A DNA stretch of 53,359 nt from a virus (taxonomy: Duplodnaviria; Caudoviricetes): positions 1 to 53,359 of the IMG/VR virus record IMGVR_UViG_3300010151_007728; one strand, written 5' to 3'. The translations under genes were made by a program, and so were the position numbers. Below, in pieces: positions 9,744 to 21,000 of this stretch (within the stretch, counting starts at the first letter, position 1; each line of letters starts with the position of its first letter). The notes beneath the pieces are model-generated. The model searched no databases, was not told where the DNA came from, and was given only the letters and a program-made list of their open reading frames with translations.

Positions 9744-11548
9744 TATAAAACAACACCTGTGAAGTCTGCATCTGGAAACTTAAATTCATAAGCCGCGTCC
9801 AGAGGAATATTTAAAAATCTGCGGTCGGGTGAGAAATTTTTCTCTATATCGAAAGATGTACTAGAATAGTTGGTGCCTAATCTGCGTATTATTTTAATAT
9901 TAGTGGTATCTGCTACGCCTGCAACCGCATTAAGTTTTTTATAAATCTGGGTGAGTATTATTGGCTGGGCCATGTCAGGCTTAACAGAGAACATGTCTTT
10001 CAATGCACTATAACACCTCTGTAAAACTGTAAATTTGTTAGTATTATTTTCTCCCAATACCTCAAAATTAATTCCAAAATTGATAACGCGACCATCTAAA
10101 ATCTCGATGGTATCGTTAATCATTCTATACTTGTTTATCCAGAATTTTAAATTCTGTTTTATGGTATTGTTTGATTGTGTGAAGTCACCATTCTGGTCCT
10201 TTGAGAGAATAAAAATGTTTAGATTCCTTTTAAAAGAATCATTATCTGGAGTTATTGCACAACGAGATATGCTACCGTACTGTTTCGGCATCATATAGAT
10301 CATAGACTTATAATCTTGAGCCGTGACAGCGCGGGCTTGACTATAAAACGAACCATATGCTCTTTGTTTAATTTCTTCTATAGATGTATCAACATTATCT
10401 CCAACAATAGGATCTTCGTTATTACATTCTAAGCTGTTTTTAACTGTATTGATGCTAGCTTGGTTCAAATTGAATCGATTATAGAATTCAATTTTAGGCT
10501 CAACAATTTGAGTAAGCGTTCCAACCGGCGCATTTAAAAGATCCGCTGTTACTTGTCTATAAATAACTGTTAAGGTAGTATTAGACGGGGAGACACCTAG
10601 CTTATCACTACTTATAAGATTCGAAGGATCAAAAGTAGTATCAGAGGTATAATCCCTTCCGTGTAGATTCAAGACAGTCTTATTTGGTTCTGCTATGGGG
10701 TCAGTTTTAATTTCAGATTCGCTTCCCTGACCAAATTGTAAAAATAATTGGATAGCGCTCCTATCAACCACAAAACGACGTGGAACGCTCACAGGCTTAA
10801 TTATAGAAGGAGACATTGTTGAATTTGACGTGTTTGGGTTTTTTATTTCTTTGTAGATTACATCTTGGGATAAATAATCAACTTCAAAGTATTGATTACC
10901 ATCAGAGTCATATACTGAAACGATTTCAGATACGGTTAAACCACCGGGCACCTCCACTCTAAGAAAACTCTGATATGTACCGACCGTTGTTTGAAAAATA
11001 TTCAGTTTTCCCGAAATGACGCGTCCAGTTTTCTTTACAGCGTAGGTCAGTGGTATGCCGGTATCATTATCAACTGTGCCCACTACAATATCTGTAGAAT
11101 TTTTGAAATTCACATCTTCCGCTAAAGTAAAAACAGTCCCTCCCGTAGTACTCACAAGGCTTCCGCGCTTTAAAACAGGATAGTATCTGCTATCCGGGCC
11201 GCCACCGGTCGCAGATCCAGGGACTAGCACATAAAAAGACACTTCTCCGTGAGAAGTAGGGACACCGTTATAATTATAGCCCATTTGTTTGGAGATATTT
11301 ACGATATTATCAAATTCAAGAGCTGTTTGGAGAAAAGATTCGTTCGCCTGGTAATCCAAGTAGAAAGAAAGCATATCTCCTACGTAAGACACCATATCAA
11401 CCATCAAAGATCCAAACGAAGCTTCATTAAAATCTTTATAAGAGTCTGCATAGTATCTCTTGACGTAGCTCATCAATTCATTTCTAATTGACGTGAAATC
11501 TCTCGCAGTATAATCGATTGCTAACTGTTCGGTCTTCTTTACTGGCAT
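9743..11548 (-). CDS. Baseplate wedge subunit (T4 gp6 / baseplate J-like)
   Basis: IDYTARDFTSIRNEL, VDMVSYVGDMLSFYLD, LQFGQG and QARAVTAQDY are hallmark gp6-family motifs; follows gp25. Confidence 0.9.
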   Translation of the reverse strand: MPVKKTEQLAIDYTARDFTSIRNELMSYVKRYYADSYKDFNEASFGSLMVDMVSYVGDMLSFYLDYQANESFLQTALEFDNIVNISKQMGYNYNGVPTSHGEVSFYVLVPGSATGGGPDSRYYPVLKRGSLVSTTGGTVFTLAEDVNFKNSTDIVVGTVDNDTGIPLTYAVKKTGRVISGKLNIFQTTVGTYQSFLRVEVPGGLTVSEIVSVYDSDGNQYFEVDYLSQDVIYKEIKNPNTSNSTMSPSIIKPVSVPRRFVVDRSAIQLFLQFGQGSESEIKTDPIAEPNKTVLNLHGRDYTSDTTFDPSNLISSDKLGVSPSNTTLTVIYRQVTADLLNAPVGTLTQIVEPKIEFYNRFNLNQASINTVKNSLECNNEDPIVGDNVDTSIEEIKQRAYGSFYSQARAVTAQDYKSMIYMMPKQYGSISRCAITPDNDSFKRNLNIFILSKDQNGDFTQSNNTIKQNLKFWINKYRMINDTIEILDGRVINFGINFEVLGENNTNKFTVLQRCYSALKDMFSVKPDMAQPIILTQIYKKLNAVAGVADTTNIKIIRRLGTNYSSTSFDIEKNFSPDRRFLNIPLDAAYEFKFPDADFTGVVL

Positions 11549-11570
11549 CCTATTACTCCAACAATATTAA

Positions 11571-11948
11571 TTAGTTATTTTTAGTGAAATCTAAAATTAA
11601 TGTATTCTTATTATTATTAGGTGCTTGATAAATTATTTGAACACCTAATAAATTCGCCTGTGCGCTAGTACTAAATTGTATACTACTTATCTGAACAAAT
11701 GGTAAATATTTCTTCACTTGTTTTCGAATGCGAGATTCTATTCTCCCCTCTGTTTGTGGTAACAAAGGCTCAAATAAATATCTCCTCATTCCCACGCCGA
11801 AGTCAATATCCATTATTCTTTCACCGGGGCTAGTCATGACAAGATTATATAAATTCTGTTGAACTTCGTCTGTGAGATTCTTAACTAAGCCAAAATGCCC
11901 GTCGATATCATCCTTCATCAAGGGCAAACGTGGTCCGATACCATACAT
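11571..11948 (-). CDS. Baseplate wedge protein gp25 / GPW_gp25 family
   Basis: QNLYNLVMTSPGERIMDIDFGVGMRRYLFEP; SD AGGAG upstream. Confidence 0.92.
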   Translation of the reverse strand: MYGIGPRLPLMKDDIDGHFGLVKNLTDEVQQNLYNLVMTSPGERIMDIDFGVGMRRYLFEPLLPQTEGRIESRIRKQVKKYLPFVQISSIQFSTSAQANLLGVQIIYQAPNNNKNTLILDFTKNN

Positions 11949-12018
11949 ATAAAATCTCCTGATTAACTATAATTATTAACTTATAATTAATTCTCTTCCT
12001 TTTAAAATATTAAATCTG

Positions 12019-15000
12019 CTACTCAGCTTCCCACTCTCCGGTATTGACGGGCTGGTTATTGCCGGGGGCATTGGCGGGGTCCGGTGGTGGGCAATCCGGC
12101 AACGGATTTGGGTTGGCAATATTGGCAAAAGCGCTAAGAGGCTCTAAGAAACTGAGCCCCCAGTAAACATATCCGTATGGGGTCATTGGTATGGTTGGGT
12201 CTCCTACGGGAGGTATAAAAGGCGGTGATGGACGCATAGTGAGCATAAGTCCTCCCAATTCTAGATCGGTGATTCCGGTTATATTCTGTATGGAGAAAGC
12301 TCTTTTCCATGCAGGATCAGTTAGTTTTACAAATCCCTTCAAAATCATCTTCGGCGTCAGGTCTTGGAAATACGATAATATTGGATTATCCGAGCGTGAG
12401 GTCGATGATCGATTCATAGCTGCTTGGTGCATCATTTGAGCGTCTTGTGTTCCTTCATAAAAATAATCATCTCTTGAGGCAGCACCAGATTCACCCAAGG
12501 TGTAAAGCAGCTCTTTGGTAGAGGAAAGTAGCTTTTCTGGTCCCAAGCCAGAATCGAGAGGAAAATACATGACATGGAACATCGCTAAATTCCTTATCGC
12601 ATCCTCGGAAAGGATGTATTTACCGAGTAAGCTTCCATTAGTTTTCTTAAAAATTTCTTTCGTTAATTGCTCGTCAATATCATCACCTGAACTATCTTTA
12701 GTTTGGCAGTAATTTGCAATCTTTCCGGTAAATTGTTGATGCAATAAGATCCGCTTCTTTCTTACGCATTCTGCGAGCGGAGAAAACATTACCTCAAGTA
12801 ACTTTTCAAGGGGCTCTTCTTTCTTCTCGGTCATTCCTGGCCAGTCTATATAACTTAAGTCGGATCCTTCCTCTAAGTTTTCAACTATATCGGCAAGATT
12901 AAAATCACTTGTAGAGTCGAGGAATTCCTCATTCCATTTTTCTTGATCCATCCAGTCTGACTTGCTAGGAAAATTGTCCTTTCTCCATTCTAAAAATTGC
13001 GCAGATTTACCATTCAGCACTCCTTTTAGGGGATATGCCGCCATCCAGCCCTCGGAGGGGTATCCTAGCTTATAAAGCAAAAATTGTGCTGTGGAATCAG
13101 TACTAACAAAGAGCGACGATATTTCGTAAGAGTTTAACTCGTATCCCCAGCTATCTATTGCAGATGTAGGGTCTAGACCATTTTCTACGGCAATGGTTAT
13201 AAGCTTATCGACTGCCTTGACGGGTATCGAGGATACCTCCTGTAACATTGCTGTTATCCAAGCTGACAGAGGCGGACATACTGTCGCAATCACCGCGAGG
13301 AGTGCGGTGGCGTGCATGGCAACATTCGATGGAACATTGCCCTCAACAGTATGTTTGAGAACCATGAAAACACCCTTACCTTTTAATTCTGCAGGACCCT
13401 CGTCGATTTGCTTAGAAGCGTAATCGTAGAAGTCACTCAAGGAGTGTGCATACCAAGCCTCAAGAGAGGCCCTCAGATAGTCTTCCTCAACGAGTGGGGA
13501 AAAAGCCGGGGAGGCTCCGTGGACAAGCGCTTGATTACTAAGTGGAGTGGGCACGTTGGTAACGCCAAGTTCCAGGCATGTGGCTTCTAATTTATTTTTG
13601 TCGCCTTTAGAATATGCTTCTACTAATTCATCACGAAATGCATCAACCTGTTTTTCTAATTCTTTTTGCTTGTCTGAATAATAGTAAAGAAATTCGCTAT
13701 ATTGCCATTCCTGTGAATCTAAATCAATAGTGCGCTCAGCAAAACACCCCTTTATAGGAAGAGAGTAAACTCTCTTTAAAGAAATTTCCATACTTTCTGG
13801 ATCTGAAACCATTTCTTGCTGTCGCATATAACGAGAAGCGTATAATTCATCTTTCAAAATTTCTCCGCTTTTACCTTTCAGATCATTTGAGAAAGGTGGC
13901 ACGGTCGTCACTGAATTTTCTCCCTCTTTCAGGTTTTTATAAAGAATCTTCGCAAATGAGCCAGGATTATTTGAGCCGGCTTGCCACTCTTGAGATGTAT
14001 CAAGTATCGTTGAATCGTCTGTTTCATCCGTCTTAAGTTGTCCTTCCATTCCTTCCAAGACCACTTCACCGTCGTCCAACACCGTGAAACCCTGGCTCTT
14101 AATCATTTTCTTGCTAGCTTCGGTAAGGTCTCCGGCTGGATCTGCTATAATATCCATATTATGAGGAAAGACGTAAACAAGTCTTTGTCCTACCTTTATA
14201 TCCTGAATCCAGTGGGAGAGTGAATTTATACCTAAAGTAAGCCATGGTGAGCCACCGATACCGATAGTGTTTTCGAACATTTTATTAGCCGCAAAAGCTA
14301 TTTGTGAGCTGCCGGCAGTGACGGTGCCTTGCATGAAATATTTAGCTGCGCTGCCAGCGAAGAATCCATCTTGAACTCCGCTAAGTGCCGTAAATAAAAT
14401 ACTGTTGATTATTGCACTATCGAGAGCATCGCGACTCATATAACACTCTCCCTGTTCTGATAAGAATTGAAAATAGTTCCTCTTATTGACGCTCGAATCA
14501 AAACTATCTCCAAGATCATTGACCTTTCTGTTAGTCTGGGGGGAATACCATACTTGTTCAGTGGGTCCGGAACCGCCAGGAAGAGTGATTTTGTTAGTCG
14601 CTCCAACAGGTGCGCTTGAATTGTTATATTTTATCCCTCCATCGAAACCAAAATTAAAAGCAATTTGATAATCCTGCAGCGTTGGGTTGGAAGTGGTGCC
14701 TCCAGAATTTCCGCCCTCGACACCACCTTTAACTTCGATTTCAGTGAAAGCCGAATAATCAATCTCTTTAAAACGAACCTTGAGATATCTCTGAATAGCG
14801 AAGCCCCCATTTTTAGTGGCTTCCCCTAGGGGGGTCATCTTTTGAGATAAAATACCTCCTCCGGCGGCTTGGTATAAGTCATCCGCTGTAGTACCTAAAG
14901 TAAATTCAGGATCCTTATAAAATTCAACTGCTGTCTCCTTGAGAGTGTCACTTAGCCAATTATTTTTCATATTCGCAGGAGCTTCATAAAACGAGGAGCG

Positions 15001-18000
15001 GTTTGTGGTACGTATTCCTTTTGAAATAGACCCAACGTTGATATAGAGGGAATCTGTATATACATGACCTTTAGAGCCAATAACAAATCCCGTATTTAGT
15101 GCCATGGCGTGTCCGACTGCCATAGGAAGATCTATGTACTCGTAATTGCTGAATAAGGTATTGCAATTATCTATATTAATGTCTACGCTATCAAATGCAG
15201 AAATCTTCTCTTGCAAATATTCCTTTTCGGCTTTGAACGTCGTTGGGAGTGCGCCATAATATTTTCTAGGAAAATACGTAGAATCTTGGGCGGTTCCGTC
15301 CACCTCGGCGATGAAATCGTCGGCATCTCCTTTATAAAATGCATAATCAATTAAATGTAAAGGCATGTCGTAGTAATAAGGTTTTTCAAGCGGACGTCCG
15401 TCTTTATCTCTTTGGGTAATTAAAAACGCCCTTTCGACCTCTAGACGGTATTTCTGTAATTCTGGTGTCGTTAAAAATTCCGATATAGGGGGTCCCAGTT
15501 CCTCTATTTGGAGTTCCACCATATGTAATAAACAAGATCTTTTGAGATCATCAAGAAATCTTTGTCCTTTTCGATCATGTAGAACCCATTCCAAATTATA
15601 TCTCTTATTGTTTAATGCGTCTTTCCACATTCTTTTCTGTTCTTCGATTGTGGGTTGCCACCTATTATCAATAAATTCCTTTTCATACTTTTCAAACACC
15701 ACCGAGCTTCCATCGCTTATTTGTATAAGTTCTGATTTGATGGCACAGCCTACGTCGGAAACCACAATATCTAAACAAATGCTTAATATCTTATCGTAAT
15801 ACAGGGGACTTTGCATCATGGCACTTCTTTTAATAGCCAAGATAATATATTCGGAGAACATCTTGTTTCCTTTTAATAGGTCGACAGGACTTATAATTGT
15901 AAAAATTAACAACCCCCTTAAAATAGATTCTAGGACTGTGACGCGTATATATGCTATGACAGCTATCCTCTCCAAAGCGCGTTGAAAAGGAGATCGATCT
16001 GTGTTGTCGCCCACTTTGCATTCTTCATCAGCAATTATTGCTCTGGCCAGGTCTTTAAGAGATTCCGTATTCAAAAGATCTCCTAACGAAGGAGGAGGAT
16101 TCATTTGTCCAGGATTATTACAAATATTCGCCAAATAGTCATCGACTGTTGGTATACCGGTTAACTTAAGTTTTTCAAATACTTCTACTTCAAATATAGG
16201 AGACTCGGTTATATGCTCTAGCAGATTGTTAACCGACTCAGAAAAAGATAGATCATATATCTTTAAACACGATTGCATAAATTTCTTTCGTCGCTTGGTA
16301 CTACTGCTTCCTAGGTTATCAAACTTCTCTATCAAATCTCCAAAAGAATCCGTGAAAAGAGCGCTAAATAGCCACTGCTGATAGCATAATGTTTTGGCTA
16401 TGTCTGGGTCTGTAATATCTAATTTTGTCTCGTTTTCTCCCGTGGGGGGTGCCAGAACTTTTTCGCGTAAGGCGTCAGCTGCCTCTTCGACCGGGTTCAT
16501 GATGTTCAGATCCACAGAGTCGCCAGTTGTGCCATTAGTCTCAAACTGCATGGTTGGCAACTGTTCTAGACCACCGGGTAACTCTGAATTATTATTAAAT
16601 TGAGTACTTAGAAGGTTAAACTGACTTGTTCTGTCAAATATCTTCCAGGTTGCAGTATCAAATGGCTTATTTGTCACGCTGCCAGCGAGCAGCTGAGCTG
16701 GAAGATTAAATTCATCGATGAAATCGGCGGATCGGATTTCTAAATACTTAGGATATGAGACCTCGACCAGCTTCGAAGTACCGGGCAAGCCTTTGGTCAT
16801 ATCTCCTATCATTTCCTTAATATTGGTGGATACCACAGGTACTGTAATATCATAATGATACGGAGCCTCAATTATACCTTCCATTTGTGGTAATTCCTGC
16901 TGCAGCATCGTTTCAACAGTAAATTCATCCAAAGTTTCTCCTGCTTCTCCAAGAAATTTAGTCAGTCCCTTTTCGACATTAGTGTTAATTCCAAAAATGC
17001 CGTAGAAATCATCAATGAGCCCCCCAACAAATCCACCTGCCTCTTTCCCTATGATTTCTAAAAGGAAATCCGGATCTTGGGATTCCCACCAATCAGAATC
17101 TTCGAAGGCTTTTATTAAATCCTCTTTCAACTTCCACGACGGAATCGAACGTGTGCCCTTTCCGGTGGCTGTCGAATACCTAATATATTGACTTTCCAAC
17201 ATTTTTTGATAATTTATAGATGTATAGTGTGATTTTGCCGGCAGTGGAAGCGTTTTTACAGGTAAAAGATGAGGATTCTCGCTTCCGACGCCCTGAAATT
17301 GTGTCGGAAATATATTAACTGGACCATTGCTTAAAATATTCGAATTATCCAGCATTAAATTTAATTTGATAGCATTGCCAACTCTTCTTTCGGTGATGTC
17401 GGCTTGAGGCCAATTTTCGGGATCATTGTAGTTCCTATCTTGGTACTCTGAATCAGAAATATAATCTCTCGGCTTTTCCGGAGGTCTCTTATAATCAGCT
17501 CCTCCTTCGACATAAACCTCATCGATAAAGAACCCCGGTATACCTCGCACTTCCATATTAAAACGTGTGCGAATATTATTAATAAAGGAATCTGACGCGC
17601 CATTAATCATTTTTCTGACATATGGGGTGGCTGTGGGGATCATCCCAGGACGCCCTAAGCCGCTAATTATAGGTGGTAAATCGATCAAATCAGTAATATT
17701 CTCAGATAATAAAAGATCTCCCAAGTATTCTAAACGCTGCATATCGCGATCTTGATTCTTGGAAATAATTGCTTCACACTGCTCTTGGCTATAGCCCTTC
17801 TTGGCTAATTGTTCGCAATACCATTCATCTTGCAGATTTCTCTCGCATATGCCTGTGAGTGCATCTAAATTTGAAATAAGATTCGTACAAAATATCACGT
17901 CGATGTACTTGCCCAGAACGACAAAAAAGTCTTTAACGTCTCTATAACTTTCAAAAACAGATGCCAAATTTGAATAAGTCTCTGGCTGTGTGGAGATCAC

Positions 18001-21000
18001 CTTTAAAATTAATTTATATATTACAGTATTGGCTGTTCCCAGCATTACCATGCTGATCTCAGATGGCTTAAGAACCACTGACAATTCATCTAAAAGCTCA
18101 AGCATTTCACTGATTAGAATATTTGTTGATACTCTCCCGGTCTTTTCTAGGACACTCTCAATTATTTCGGAGTCCATCGATGGGTCCTCGAATAAACTAT
18201 AGATATTTAATCCACCGGGGCGGTCATACTGAAGCGCAGATGTTGAAGAAGGAGCCATGCCATACTGACTGAAGCACTTTTGGTCCTTTAACTGTTGAGG
18301 AGACATCTCTGCAGCATTAGAGGGAAGTTTCCCTAATCCCGGTGTTTTTCCTATTGAATTTTTCAGGTTTTCTTTCTCATTCTTGCTGTTCTCCAAAAGC
18401 CCTCCGACATTATCCAATGATGCGGCAATATCTTGAGCGCCGGAACAAGCCCTAATGAATTCATCTATAAGAGATTTAAGCATAGATATAACAGAACCTA
18501 TGATCATATCAATAGCATCGTCTAGAGCGTCATCTATTGAAGTAAGAGGGTCGTCGTGCGCGCCAGGTAACTCAGATATAAGAAAATCCGGTATCTTAAA
18601 TTCGATCCTGAAGATTACTTCCGGATCATCGTAATCAAGCGGATTGCCGGACAAAAGAGAACTGAAAGATTCCGGTGAGAACAATTTTTTAACAAAAGAC
18701 TGCGCTATTCCCGTCGCGACAGAAATAGATCTTATAAAAGGTAAGTTACTTATATTTTCGTCAAGGATCTTGAACAAGCATTCCATTATTCCTGTCGAAT
18801 CGGTCAGATTTACAAGCTGTAAACTTAGATCCTTTTTCAGTTTCTCAGCTTCACTTTTGGTGAAACTATCGTTATTGACGGTCTTGATTTTAGGAATAGC
18901 TATATTTTTATTGTCGGTTTCAGTCGTATTGGAGCCTGGTAATTCATTGGAATACGGACGTATTGTAGATTTTATAGCACCCTGGCTAAAGCAAAGATAA
19001 TCATCCTCCATTTTTTGTGTCAGACCCGCAATTACACTGGAAAGATTAACTCCAGGGCTTTCCAGATCTATGTCAACCTTAGATTGCAAAAGACTAACAC
19101 TTCTAGAATCTTTAAAAAGATCTGGGCAAAGAGCAGGAGCGTCCGCTGAGAGTATCGTTAAAAAAGATTTCAGCGGCTCATAAGGCAAACTTTTTAAAAT
19201 ATTTTTACGGATAATATTCTTTACAGAGCCAATCGAAAGAGTTTTTCCTAAGCACGCGTGGGCAGCTGCAATAATCTCCATCAAATCGATTTTATTGATA
19301 AGACGCTGATAATACTCTTCTGGGTCCCCTAGACGCTCTACAGAATCCTCCATATTCTCCAAAACCGCATCAACATCCGGAGTTCTGGCCTTCGCTCTGT
19401 CCGCATATATGCGAGCATGGGCTTCCAAATCTCCCAGCAAATCTGCCTCTGCCTGTAATTGAGATCTGCCCTTATACGTATTTTTTTGACCTCGGGAAGG
19501 AGATTCGCCTATTTTGTCCTGTTTACCCAGAATATCAGCTTCCCTTTCTTCTGTCTTATTTGTATCATTTAGTCTCAGTTGAAGAGTCGGAAACAAGGTA
19601 TATTTTTGTATTAATTCTAGCCCTGGATACTGATCGCCATCGCTAGTGGGTGACATACTGGGACCATAGCGCAAATAAGCCATAGTACGTGACATGTTGA
19701 ATGGCTCGACTTCTTTACGGAACTCTCTAATTCCCACCCTGAGATATCTCGAAGGGGCATTTGGAATATGTTGAGTGCCGCTTTTGCGTTTAGCTTTAGA
19801 GGCAGTGTTGGTGTCGCCTTCTGTATTTTGCTTCTTTGAAGGATCAAAGTCAACCTGTTGATATAAAACAAATTCAATTCTATAGAGTTTGTCAAACCCA
19901 AAGGCTATGACATCATCTTTGTCAGTTCTCAATTTCGCATCATTGAGATCCATAAAACTCCTCAAAGCAGGAATGAAATCGTCTATCAGTTGTGCTTCAT
20001 GTTTTGGGTCTAATTTTGGATCCAGATTATAATTTTCTGTTGTTGATTCCTTCGCAACACGTATTCTACCAGCAAAATCATTCAAGATGACATTTTTTGT
20101 ATCCTTGACCCATTTTGTTATTTGGCTAGCCTTAAAAATTAGCCAATATTGGATACCAGGGATAGACGTTCCATCTTCCATCTCGCCCTTAGCCAATTCT
20201 TTTAATGTAGGATAATCTCTTCGGAAATCATTTACTTGAAGAGCTGGGTGTTCGAAATAAGTACGAGGAACTGCTACAAGATACTTATGAGTCTTATCTT
20301 GGCGTGGTGATGACCACTCATCAGCTACTCTGGCAAATAGCCCATTGTTCAATACCACAAGTTTTTTGCGGAATTGCATCGATCTCTTCTTATCATAAAA
20401 CCGCAAGAGTTTAGCTATTCCAGTCTTCCTAGCACGGGTCACGGCTCCTGATGTGGGATTGCCACCAGAGTGCTTTGTCGATATTTCTACTACAACGTTA
20501 TATTCATTAGTTTTCTCGTCTAGCCATGGTTGCCAAGTCGGCACAGAAGTCCAATCAGGGGCTAGATACTTCGCGTTTGGCTCTGGTACTTCAATCTTAG
20601 GTAATTCTACTTCATAGGGTTTAAAACGTCTTAAGGGCGGCTTTGCGGCATCTTGAGGCTCATCTGAGTCTGCCGGTGGGTCCTCCTTTATTTCCTTCAT
20701 AGAAGCAATATCAGACTGCCACATTTTAAGATTTCTAGAATCTATATATAAAGGTCCATCATAAGAAATATCAATATCTTGTCCGGACAATATTTCTACT
20801 TGAGAGAAATAAGCCAACCTGCCCAAGCCCTCTTTTATTATTTTTATTTGAATGCCGTTAGGAAGATATCCTAGGATATTAGCCCCTTTAAAGATCTTTT
20901 GATCGAGGGCGTATTTCCAATTCTCTTCACTAGTTGTCCCAATTAGACGGAAACGATAATCCGTACCAGTCACCAAATTACTCTCACCTGGTTGGATCGT